From Methanobacteriota archaeon (GTDB taxonomy: Archaea; Thermoplasmatota; Thermoplasmata; Methanomassiliicoccales; UBA472), in assembly GCA_029560215.1 (NCBI GenBank), contig JAKPZB010000078.1:1-48142 (forward strand): a DNA stretch of 48,142 nucleotides. The letters are read 5' to 3'. This document shows positions 1-7,805 of the stretch, piece after piece (the first letter of the stretch is position 1; each line of letters begins with the position of its first letter). Under the pieces are notes generated by a model, which was not told the origin of the DNA, did not search any database, and saw nothing but the letters and a program-made list of their open reading frames with translations. The position numbers were made by a program, and so were the translations under genes.

Positions 1-135
1 TGTCCCGTCTTAAGTCAGGAAGCGCATGGGCGGACCCGCCCCCGAAGGAGCGCGCGGATAGGACCTTTTCCTACGGGCATGATCCTCAAATCATGCTGGA
101 TCCATCCTGGTTTCCCCACAGCCTTTCCGACTCGG
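1..135 (-). ncRNA. Candidate structured RNA, 5' portion, running off the left edge; class unresolved
   Basis: GC-rich with no ORF >=60 aa in any frame. Minus-strand hairpins GCAUGAU-UUGAGG-AUCAUGC (77-96) and CGCUCC-UUCG-GGGGCG (37-52). The U-G wobble in the second exists only on the minus strand (C-A mismatch on plus). A TATA-like TTTATAAATA lies about 25 nt upstream on the minus strand (about 160-171). Confidence 0.3.
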
Positions 136-255
136 GCAATATCTACTATTACCTTATCTAATATTTATAAATTTGTCCGTTTAATGGGGTATCCAGAATA
201 TTATTAGTCATATATTAATAAAATTAAGCTAGAAGGTTAATTAATTGAAGTCAAA

Positions 256-487
256 AGTGCCCGGGCGGAGGGGAGGAGTAAGGCGACCTTCGGTCCGACC
301 CATTCCTCAAAATGGAGAAGTTCCTCGGGCGACCACCCCTTCATCTCCCGCCGATCGCACGTAGGGCGCGGGGGGAACCGCTGCGATCGAGCAGTCCTAT
401 ACTGCGCGCGCACGGCTGACCTTTTAGGCCGACGAAGGCGGGCGGAGATGCATCCGCAGGTCCTGCCCTCTCCATTCCACGGGCAAC
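256..487. ncRNA. Candidate structured RNA (about 230 nt); strand and class unresolved
   Basis: GC-rich island between AT-rich blocks with no ORF >=60 aa. The ends pair (TGCCCG 258-263 with CGGGCA 480-485) and the helix extends further (GGAGGGG/CCTCTCC, with a G-U only on the plus strand). Internal perfect stems: GATCGCA 353-359/TGCGATC 382-388, GCAGT 391-395/ACTGC 401-405, GCGGA 442-446/TCCGC 453-457. TATA-like boxes flank it on both sides (about 211-225 for plus, 508-517 for minus). Confidence 0.3.
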
Positions 488-556
488 ATTATACTTGGTC
501 GTGCTCACTATAAATAGATTGTTTTTATGCCTGGATGTACAAAATAAGGGAAAGGC

Positions 557-781
557 TCATTCCTTGAGGGAATCCAATTCCGTCCGGGCCGCCCGAACCT
601 TCTCGGCGATCTCCTCCATCTTCACCTGGCTCCTCCGGCGGATGCGTTGCAGCTCATCCTCGCCAATCTCCCTGCGCTTGTGAAGGCGTTCCGCCTCCTC
701 CAACTCGGCGCGGTATTCTGCCCGCAGGGCGTTGAGCTGTTTGATCTTGGCCTCGAGCTTGGATTTCTTGGAACCGAACAT
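557..781 (-). CDS. Small charged coiled-coil protein, function unknown
   Basis: ORF 557..835 trimmed to internal Met19 (MFGSKKSKLEAK...), which avoids overlap with the upstream gene and has a GGGAGAGG Shine-Dalgarno-like element. Heptad-like K/E/R-rich sequence. Confidence 0.4.
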   Translation of the reverse strand: MFGSKKSKLEAKIKQLNALRAEYRAELEEAERLHKRREIGEDELQRIRRRSQVKMEEIAEKVRAARTELDSLKE

Positions 782-813
782 GCCTCTCCCAGAATAATAT
801 CGGCTGACATCGG

Positions 814-1257
814 TTAAATAGATTGTCCGTTCCAAGCCCCTTCGGAGAGAGAGGAACGGAGAAGGTCCAGGACCATGAACAGGGGGACGCCCTCCTTAAC
901 ATGGAACAGATGGGTGGGGCAACCGCAGTCCGAGGAGCCGAACCTCCGGACCGCGGGCTCTACCCCGATTTGCCCGGTTAGGGCAGAGGCCAACCGGCAC
1001 TCCATTTCCTTCCTCCCCCGGAAGGCGAGAGCGCCGACCACCTCTCCTTGAACCGTGAGATGATCGATGTGCCAACGCTTCCTCTTATCGGACCGCATGT
1101 GCCTGGCCAGACGGGGCATCAGGCCGGACTGAGCTGAACCGCAGTAGAGATAGTGGCCTCTTTCAAAAGATACCACCCCCAGGCCTCCCACCCGGATGGC
1201 CGCCGGTTGGGGAAGGTGCACGACCAGCACATAGACCCCTGGCGACGAGCGCATCAT
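814..1257 (-). CDS. DUF123 / GIY-YIG-superfamily (Uri-like) protein
   Basis: Motif GHYLYCGSA...LMPRLARH...KRKRWHIDHL matches the DUF123 signature as I recall it (GxYxYxGSA ... RH ... WHIDYL). Starts 6 nt after the mmp7 stop on the same strand. Confidence 0.65.
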   Translation of the reverse strand: MMRSSPGVYVLVVHLPQPAAIRVGGLGVVSFERGHYLYCGSAQSGLMPRLARHMRSDKRKRWHIDHLTVQGEVVGALAFRGRKEMECRLASALTGQIGVEPAVRRFGSSDCGCPTHLFHVKEGVPLFMVLDLLRSSLSEGAWNGQSI

Positions 1258-1263
1258 CCCCCG

Positions 1264-2181
1264 TTAGCGGACCTTGCCCTCCACCTCGGCCTTGGTCTTG
1301 ATCCGGATGATGGTGCTGTCGCCCAGGCGGCAGTCGGAGATGGTGGCGATCTCCTTGAGCTTGCGACCGTAGACATCCAGCTCCTCCAGCTCCCTGACGT
1401 GCTCCTTGTAGGGGATCTTGACCCTGAGACCGTCCACGTGCAGCACCACCGGGGCCGGACGCAGGCACTCCTGCACCGCGTCCATCCCCTCCAGGGCGTC
1501 CTTGACCTCCGAAGGGTGGACGAAGAGGGGGTCCTCCTCGATCTCCTTGCGGCGCTTGTCGATGACCTCCTTGACCCGATCGGCGATCTCCTCGAGCTTG
1601 GCTATCTCCTCGGAGCGCCGCATGCGCTCCACCTTGCGGCCGACGCCGCAGACCAGGGCCTCGCAGTGAGGGAGCGATTCCAGCTCCGGACCCACCACGG
1701 TCACCACCGGGATCTGGATGTCCTTGTAGAGGTCGATCTTCTCGTGGGTGACGCATTCCTTGAAGTTGCCGAGCATGAAGATGGCCGCGTCGTACTCCTC
1801 GATTATGGCCTTCTCCGCCGCGGATATCTGACAGGTCTTACGTCCGCGTCCCCGCGCCAGGCCCATCACTATGGTGATGGCCCCGTACCGGCGCAGATGT
1901 TCCGCAATATCGCAGATGGGGTGGGGCATGTGATGCCTTCCCAGGGTGGGGCCGATGACCGCTATCTCGGTTCCCGCCAAGGGCACCTCGACGATCTTCC
2001 CGCCCAGTTCCGCCGTCTTCTTCTCGATGAGCGGCCGGTCCTCGGCCGGTATGGCTATGGTCAGGGTGACCATCACCTGCACCTGGGTGCGCTGGAGCAC
2101 GAAACCTCCCACGTCGGCTATCAGATCGAGCAGTTCGTCGATCTTGTGGACCCCGCCGTCGAACATCAGTACTTCGTACAT
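1264..2181 (-). CDS. mmp7: Methanogenesis marker protein 7
   Basis: About 305 aa. The N-terminus MYEVLMFDGGVHKIDELLDLIADVGGFVLQ is typical of Mmp7. Position is last in the mmp3-6-5-15-17-7 operon, with a 1-nt overlap with the mmp17 stop. Confidence 0.8.
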   Translation of the reverse strand: MYEVLMFDGGVHKIDELLDLIADVGGFVLQRTQVQVMVTLTIAIPAEDRPLIEKKTAELGGKIVEVPLAGTEIAVIGPTLGRHHMPHPICDIAEHLRRYGAITIVMGLARGRGRKTCQISAAEKAIIEEYDAAIFMLGNFKECVTHEKIDLYKDIQIPVVTVVGPELESLPHCEALVCGVGRKVERMRRSEEIAKLEEIADRVKEVIDKRRKEIEEDPLFVHPSEVKDALEGMDAVQECLRPAPVVLHVDGLRVKIPYKEHVRELEELDVYGRKLKEIATISDCRLGDSTIIRIKTKAEVEGKVR

Positions 2182-2753
2182 CAGTCATCCTCCGGGCCCT
2201 TGATCATGTTGGCGTGCACCCTCTTGGCCTCCTCGATGAAATCGACGGTCATGCCATGCTCCGTGGCCACGATGGTCATCACGTTGTCGTTGAAGTACTC
2301 GTTCCTCAGCTTGAGCCCCTCGGGCAGAAGCCGCCACATGGCATCGAGCAATTGCGAGCGCACCTCCTCCTCCGGGTCCAGCTTCATGTCCGCCAGCTCC
2401 TCCATCGGGACGTCCTCCACGAACACCTCCAGCCGGGTGAGCTGCTGCACGCGCTCCCTGCCGTAGAGGCGCCAGAGGCTGGAAATGAGCCTGGGAGCGT
2501 ATGATTCGTCCTTGATGGTGATGAACGTCCCGCCTTCCTTGGACTCCATCTCCGCTATGTCGTAGACCGGGCGCTTGCTCCCGGAATGCTTTATGCGCAT
2601 GGATATGATGAACAGCGTCTGGTCCGGGCGAATGACGAAACGCACCTTCTCGACCATGGTGCTTATCCCCATGTCCATGAGGATCCGTTCCAGCAGCCAT
2701 TGGTACGACTCCAGGGCGTATTGCTCGGTGCCCTCCAGCTCGAATTCCACCAA
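2181..2753 (-). CDS. mmp17: Methanogenesis marker protein 17
   Basis: 190 aa, between mmp15 and mmp7, with size and order as in the conserved marker cluster. TTG/GTG start 4 nt after the mmp15 stop. Confidence 0.7.
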   Translation of the reverse strand: MVEFELEGTEQYALESYQWLLERILMDMGISTMVEKVRFVIRPDQTLFIISMRIKHSGSKRPVYDIAEMESKEGGTFITIKDESYAPRLISSLWRLYGRERVQQLTRLEVFVEDVPMEELADMKLDPEEEVRSQLLDAMWRLLPEGLKLRNEYFNDNVMTIVATEHGMTVDFIEEAKRVHANMIKGPEDD

Positions 2754-2757
2754 TCTC

Positions 2758-3981
2758 TCACCCCAGCAGGCCGGAGGCCAGCAGCGCCGCTCCTACCGCC
2801 CCGATGTACTGCGAGTCCCTGGGGACGATGGGACGCTGGCCCAGGGTGTGCTCCATGGCCGTGACCATGCCGGATATCAGCGAGGTGCCGCCGACCTGGA
2901 TGATCGGGCGGCGCACCTCAATCTCCTGCAGCTGCTGCTCGTATATCTGCTCGGCCACGCTGTGGCAGGCCGCGGAGGCCACGTCCGCCAGGGTGTTCCC
3001 GGCGGCCAGCGACGTGACCAGGTCCTGTATTCCGAACACGGAGCAGTAGGAGTTCATCTTGACCTTGCCGTGGTCGCCCTGGTCCGCCAGAGCGCCCAGT
3101 TCCGTGATCTCCACCTTCAGGCGTTTGGCGGTCATCTCCAGGAAACGCCCGGAGGCGCCGGCGCAGATGCCGCCCATGGTGAAGTTGTCCGGGATGCCGT
3201 CCCGGACGGTGATGGCCTTGTTGTCCATCCCCCCGATGTCGATGATGGTGGCCTCCCCCTTCTGCTTGCCGGCCAGCCACACCGCTCCCTTGGAGTTGAC
3301 GGTGAGCTCCTCCTGCACCAGCTTGGCATTGAACTTCTTTCCTAGCGTGTACCGTCCGTAGCCGGTGGTTCCGATCCCCTCCAGCTGCTCATACTTCACA
3401 CCGGCCTCGGCCAGGGCGTTGGTGAGGGCGGTCTCCGCGGAAGAGTAGACGTCGCCAGTAGGCAGCCAGTACTTGCCGATGATGACGTTGTCGCGCATGA
3501 TCACCGCCTTGGTGGTGGAAGATCCTGAGTCCAGTCCGGCGGTGAGGCCGACCTGCCTCTCCCTGGCCAGAAGCTCCTTCCTCTCCACGATGGTCACCAG
3601 CGCTTCCATCCTTGTGAGAAGCTGGGCGGCCTTGGTCCGCTCCGTGAACGAGTAGGTGACCACCGGCAGCCTCACGTGCTCCTGCACGAACTTCCTGAGC
3701 TCCGTTCGGACGAGAGCTCCCTCGGCGCAGCGGAAGCAGGTGGCGATGAATATGGCGTCCGCGTCATAGTTCTTGTTGGCCAGCTCGATGGCCCGGGCGA
3801 TCATCAGCTTCAGCTGGGGGCTGTTGGGGTTGAACCCGAACTCCTCGACCGCCTTGTCGATCTTCTGCATGTCCACGTCCGGGTAGACCATCTTGGCCCC
3901 CACGGTCTCCGCGGCGCGCTCGATCTCCGCCTGTACGCCGCTGTACTCCGTCCCGCAGGAAAGTTGGGCGATCTTGATCAT
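2758..3981 (-). CDS. mmp15: Methanogenesis marker protein 15 (BadF/BcrA/HgdC-type ASKHA ATPase)
   Basis: 407 aa. ASKHA phosphate-1 motif [14 protein letters not shown] and a second DIGGMDNK motif. ATGA overlap with mmp5. Confidence 0.85.
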   Translation of the reverse strand: MIKIAQLSCGTEYSGVQAEIERAAETVGAKMVYPDVDMQKIDKAVEEFGFNPNSPQLKLMIARAIELANKNYDADAIFIATCFRCAEGALVRTELRKFVQEHVRLPVVTYSFTERTKAAQLLTRMEALVTIVERKELLARERQVGLTAGLDSGSSTTKAVIMRDNVIIGKYWLPTGDVYSSAETALTNALAEAGVKYEQLEGIGTTGYGRYTLGKKFNAKLVQEELTVNSKGAVWLAGKQKGEATIIDIGGMDNKAITVRDGIPDNFTMGGICAGASGRFLEMTAKRLKVEITELGALADQGDHGKVKMNSYCSVFGIQDLVTSLAAGNTLADVASAACHSVAEQIYEQQLQEIEVRRPIIQVGGTSLISGMVTAMEHTLGQRPIVPRDSQYIGAVGAALLASGLLG

Positions 3982-4412
3982 TTCAGACCCTCCAGGAACT
4001 CCTTCACCCTGACCACCATGTCCTTGGCCTCATCCTCGTTGGAGGGGTAGTCCAAAGATAGTATCGGCACCTTGCGCTTGCGGACCAGGAGCTTGGCCAG
4101 TTCGTTGGTCCGTTGGCATCCCACGCACCCGAAGCTGTAAGGGGCGTCCTCCATGAATATGGCCGCTTCCGCCTGGTCGATGAGGGGGCCGTAGATGGCC
4201 AATCTCCCGCGTATTCCGGAAGGGATCTCTATCCCGGCGTACTTCAACCCTAGCTTGACATCATCCACCGTCACGTTCAGAGGCGGCGCCTCGATCTCGT
4301 TCGACGTGACGCGGTCGCGGAGGGCCTTCATCAGGCTGAGCGGTTCGTGGCCGAACCTCTCGACCAGATCGAATAGGATCAGGCTGTTCGGCGGCATTAT
4401 GAATATCTTCAT
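3978..4412 (-). CDS. mmp5: Methanogenesis marker protein 5
   Basis: 144 aa, translationally coupled (ATGA) to both mmp6 and mmp15. Size and position match the marker cluster. Confidence 0.7.
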   Translation of the reverse strand: MKIFIMPPNSLILFDLVERFGHEPLSLMKALRDRVTSNEIEAPPLNVTVDDVKLGLKYAGIEIPSGIRGRLAIYGPLIDQAEAAIFMEDAPYSFGCVGCQRTNELAKLLVRKRKVPILSLDYPSNEDEAKDMVVRVKEFLEGLK

Positions 4413-4834
4413 GGGGACACCTCGTCGATGAGCTTCTTAAGGTCGTTGACCGGGATCTTCTGGCGTTTCTTTGGCGCGGGGGGCTTCTCGCCCTTCTCCA
4501 CGCAGATCAGGCCCTGTTCCACCAGGCACAGGTCCTTCCATTCCTTCTCCAGTTGGGCGAACCCGGGCCGGGAGCCGTGATGGGCCCGGCAGCGGCGGAG
4601 ATCGCCCATGGGGAAGGCGCGGATCTTGGAAAAGATGCGGTTGGGGTCCATCTTGCGAACCTCGTCCAGGGTGCGCTTCACCGCGTCCCTGGGGCCCTGC
4701 AGCACCACGCCGTAGCAGGTCTCCTTCACCGTGACCTCGTTGCCCAGGTTGTGCACGAAGCGGGCGATGCGGTCCGGAGTGAGGTCGGAAGTGGGGGCGA
4801 TGAATATCAGCCTGGTCTCTATGTTGCTGTCCAT
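4409..4834 (-). CDS. mmp6: Methanogenesis marker protein 6
   Basis: 141 aa, immediately after mmp3 (1-nt gap), ATGA-coupled to mmp5. Confidence 0.7.
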   Translation of the reverse strand: MDSNIETRLIFIAPTSDLTPDRIARFVHNLGNEVTVKETCYGVVLQGPRDAVKRTLDEVRKMDPNRIFSKIRAFPMGDLRRCRAHHGSRPGFAQLEKEWKDLCLVEQGLICVEKGEKPPAPKKRQKIPVNDLKKLIDEVSP

Positions 4835-4835
4835 C

Positions 4836-6482
4836 TCAATCCTCCTTGGGCTTGGACCTTTTGGCCGGGGCCTTCTTGGCAGCGGTCGTCTTCGGCTTCT
4901 TTGGCGCTTCGGCGCCCTCCTTTGGCTTCCCAGCCTTCTTTGCCTTCTTGACCGCGGATTCCTCGGGAGTGGCGCGGCGGATGTAGATGATGTCCTCCTC
5001 GGATATCCCGGACATCATGGCGTCCAGGTCTCCGACGAAACGCCCGAGCAGGTTGGTGCCCGGGATCTCCTCGCCGGTGGGACCGAACTCCTCGCTCTCC
5101 TCCAGGCGTATTCCCATGAGACCGCGCTGCGGTCGGGACATGTTGGTTATCGCCACGTCGCCGCGGACCGAGCGACCTTCGAACGTCCTCTCCGGATAAA
5201 GGTCGGCGGCCAGCTTGGGATTCCCTTCGAAAGTTATCATGGGCATCCCCTCGAAGGTGAAGTGCACCTTCATGGTGCCCACCGGCTTGTGGTCCAAGCC
5301 GGTGACCTTGCGGAAGTAGCGCACCGTCCACGGCGAGGCCTCGGGGTCCATGGTGAGCGGGTACACCTTCTCCCTGGGAACGCCCATGGTCTCGATCTCC
5401 CTCTCCTTGGAGGCGTGGATGGTCATCTCCGGCTCCTGCTCGACGATCACCGCCTCGTCGGAGGTGTCGCCGGTGCGCTTCTGGACCTTGCCAATGGATT
5501 CCAGGAACCTCTGCGCCTCGGCCTGGGTCTTGCCGATGGTCATTATCCTTACGGGGTCCGGCTGAACCAGCACCCTCCCCTTGAGCGGGACCAGATGCAC
5601 CAGGTTGTGGCCGTTGGTGACCTTCCCCACGGTGTTGTGGGAACGGTTCAGCTGGCGGACCTGGTTGTAGAAGTATATCTTCCCGGCCTGGTAGCCCTCG
5701 TGCCTTACGGTCACCGTATCCGGGTGGCGCACCTCGCTGTATTCCTGGCCCAGGGAGGTGTCCATGTTGGCCTCGCTGGCCGAGTAGCTGAAACCCTTCT
5801 CGTCTATCGGCAGGCTGCCCTCGCCGGTGACCACCAGGAAGTGCTCGCAGCAGAGCGGCGAACGCTCGTCCAGCTTCACCCCCACGAAGGTCTCTATGAG
5901 CATGCCGTCCTCCACCGGCACGTTGAGGTCGGTTACCGGGAAGGCGTCCTGGGAGGTCATGCGCAGCACCACCGGCTCGATGTGCTCGATGACATCCCCC
6001 TCGTCGAGAAGGTCCAGGATGTGCCTTCCCCTGGTGACCCGGCCGAACACGGCGTCCTGAAGGCCGAGGTCGTCGCTCATGTCCACCCGGGCGATCATGA
6101 AGTAGGTGGTGTTCACGTCGTAACCGCCCAAGGCGAAGAAGCAATCGTAGCGCTTGTAAGTGGAAGTCCCGCGGGACTTCTCCAGCTGCGTCGGGAAGGA
6201 ACCGAAAGCATGCAGGCGGCTGGTCTGCCAACGCAGATTCCTTCCGACCACGTCGTGATACAGGCGTTTCCAGGCCTCGGCGAAGACGCTCCCGTTCAGT
6301 TCGATGATGAAGCAGCCACGGGGAGTTTTCACCATGTATTCGTTGGTCAGCTTGCGCTGGGCGTCCAGAGGTCGGATCAGGGCCACCGAGCTGCCTGGAA
6401 CATAGGGCTCTCCAACGATGGCCTGGGCCACCGTCGCCCCGTCGGGCAGTACCTTCTCCTTGCCGTTCACGATAGCTCTCAT
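4836..6482 (-). CDS. mmp3: Methanogenesis marker protein 3, with an extra Lys/Ala/Pro-rich C-terminal tail
   Basis: About 548 aa from Met11 of ORF 4836..6512 (MRAIVNGKEKVLPDG..., preceded by GAGGGGG). Length and N-terminus are typical of Mmp3 (UPF0288). First gene of the marker operon. Confidence 0.8.
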   Translation of the reverse strand: MRAIVNGKEKVLPDGATVAQAIVGEPYVPGSSVALIRPLDAQRKLTNEYMVKTPRGCFIIELNGSVFAEAWKRLYHDVVGRNLRWQTSRLHAFGSFPTQLEKSRGTSTYKRYDCFFALGGYDVNTTYFMIARVDMSDDLGLQDAVFGRVTRGRHILDLLDEGDVIEHIEPVVLRMTSQDAFPVTDLNVPVEDGMLIETFVGVKLDERSPLCCEHFLVVTGEGSLPIDEKGFSYSASEANMDTSLGQEYSEVRHPDTVTVRHEGYQAGKIYFYNQVRQLNRSHNTVGKVTNGHNLVHLVPLKGRVLVQPDPVRIMTIGKTQAEAQRFLESIGKVQKRTGDTSDEAVIVEQEPEMTIHASKEREIETMGVPREKVYPLTMDPEASPWTVRYFRKVTGLDHKPVGTMKVHFTFEGMPMITFEGNPKLAADLYPERTFEGRSVRGDVAITNMSRPQRGLMGIRLEESEEFGPTGEEIPGTNLLGRFVGDLDAMMSGISEEDIIYIRRATPEESAVKKAKKAGKPKEGAEAPKKPKTTAAKKAPAKRSKPKED

Positions 6483-6598
6483 CTTGTCCCCCTCATGGAT
6501 GCAGTGCGGCAATTATAAGGTTATTCCCGAGCCGTTCAATCTGGCTATGGCTTTCGACTACCCTTGGCCAAGCACCTCTTCCTTGGGCCGCAGGGGAT

Positions 6599-7201
6599 GT
6601 GCAAGTTATGAATAACCGCAAGTCGCTGAACCGTGGTATGGAAAGGAACGCCGTCCGCGGAGCGGTGCGCGAGAGGATACTGGAATTGAAGGGCATCGAG
6701 GTCCTGGAGTACCTTGACCAGGACTTCCGCCAGGAGATCGAGCGGAGGGAGCGCGAAGCGGAGGGGAACGGCGCGGTGGGCGGACTGATGGCCTTCGTGA
6801 ACTCCGGGGTATGGGACGTGCTAACCCGGCAGGAGGTCTTCGTCATCGTGGCCCAGCCCCAGATGGAGATCCTCCATCCCCAGGAGCACCTGGTGCACAT
6901 CGTGGACCAGCGGGGGCAGGTCATCGGCGAATATCTGCCGGAAGGAAAACGGGACGACGTGGAACTGAGGGAGAACGCCTACCTGCTGAGCGAGGACTTC
7001 GTCCTCTACGGCGATGTGGACATAGTCGGAGAGCCGTACTTCCTGATCCCGCCCATGACCTTTCCCCCCTTGGAGGGAATGTCCGGCATCAAGAGATTGG
7101 TCAGCGCCAGCATCTCCACGGCCTCCGACGACTACATCCGCGGCCGGTTGGGTTACGGGGACACCAAATGCTGGACCCATCTGGTCGGTTACGACCTCTA
7201 A
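6599..7201 (+). CDS. Protein I cannot place in a family; paralog of 13182..13724
   Basis: The C-terminal half aligns by eye with the other copy: VIGEYLPEG...EDFVLY...[19 protein letters not shown]...LVSAS...THLVGYDL versus VIGTEILPGE...DDFVVF...KEFFLMPPVSFPELEQVPG...IVSCS...SILVGFDLS. GTG start at 6599, or ATG at 6608/6638. Confidence 0.6.
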   Translation: MQVMNNRKSLNRGMERNAVRGAVRERILELKGIEVLEYLDQDFRQEIERREREAEGNGAVGGLMAFVNSGVWDVLTRQEVFVIVAQPQMEILHPQEHLVHIVDQRGQVIGEYLPEGKRDDVELRENAYLLSEDFVLYGDVDIVGEPYFLIPPMTFPPLEGMSGIKRLVSASISTASDDYIRGRLGYGDTKCWTHLVGYDL

Positions 7202-7803
7202 GGCATGGTCCGCTTGACCTTGGCCACTATCTCGTCCAGCTTGGTCTGGCTGACCGTGGTGCCGCGCACCACGCCGGTGACGATCTCCATGATGGTGCCT
7301 TTGGTGCCGATGTCCTCGTCCTTGGGCATGACCAAACGGGTCTTGCAGCCGATGCGGGCGAAGTCCTCGAAGTCCACCGGGGCCTGGCAGCAGATGACCG
7401 CCGGCAGGTCCACGTTCCTGAGGATCAACCTGGCCTTGTAGATGATGTGGTTGCGGACGTTTCCCAGGTGTATGAGAGCGACCTTGAACTGCTGGATGCG
7501 GGCAACCTCTATGGGCTCCAGTCCGAAAAGGGAGCTGGTGGAGACGTCCACCGCGTCGGAGGGCACGCCGGAACCGGCGGTGATGACGATGACCGAGGTG
7601 TCGATGCCCTCCTCCCTCAGACCGTAGGTGATCTCGCAGACCGGCTTGGTGATGTGGCGTTTCCCGGGACCCATGGCCACGGCCACCACGTCGCGCCCGC
7701 TGTCGGAGATGGTGGCCCTCTGGGCCAGGCTTCCGCCCACGCCCATCCCCCGGGCCTCTCGGCATTCCACGAAACGGGTCTTGCGGCCGATGGAGTCCTT
7801 CAA
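7198..7803 (-). CDS. mcrC: Methyl-coenzyme M reductase operon protein C
   Basis: 201 aa. [25 protein letters not shown] and [24 protein letters not shown] are characteristic of McrC. TTG start 2 nt after the atwA stop. Confidence 0.9.
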   Translation of the reverse strand: MKDSIGRKTRFVECREARGMGVGGSLAQRATISDSGRDVVAVAMGPGKRHITKPVCEITYGLREEGIDTSVIVITAGSGVPSDAVDVSTSSLFGLEPIEVARIQQFKVALIHLGNVRNHIIYKARLILRNVDLPAVICCQAPVDFEDFARIGCKTRLVMPKDEDIGTKGTIMEIVTGVVRGTTVSQTKLDEIVAKVKRTMP

Positions 7804-7805
7804 GG

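Noticed and set aside
1-135. Calling the left-edge RNA RNase P RNA.
   Set aside because: GUAGGAAAAGGUCC only approximates the universally conserved GAGGAAAGUCC, and the 3' two-thirds of the molecule is outside the window. This is insufficient for a class call.
256-487. Calling the second RNA candidate SRP (7S) RNA.
   Set aside because: The rod-like pairing and an AGGCC-loop-GG element are suggestive. However, the GNAR tetraloop and the AGCA motif of helix 8 are not found in the expected arrangement on either strand, and the length is short for an archaeal SRP RNA.
1153-2466. Long plus-strand ORF (437 aa) overlapping mmp7/mmp17. Similar long shadow ORFs occur at 4731..6518, 4819..6231, 14566..15768, 19359..20450, 26664..27656, 26789..27964, 34744..36402, 43588..45189 and 45260..46180.
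   Set aside because: They are antisense or out of frame relative to genes with clear family signatures. Their translations are Arg/Gly/Pro/His/Leu-rich low-complexity strings, typical of spurious open frames in GC-rich DNA.
6863-6877. Palindrome ATGGAGATCCTCCAT, and the ATCCATCC half-site at 100-107, as additional operator copies.
   Set aside because: The first lies inside a coding region and has a different half-site (ATGGAG, N3 spacing). The second is a lone half-site inside the RNA candidate. Neither matches ATGGAT-N5-ATCCAT.
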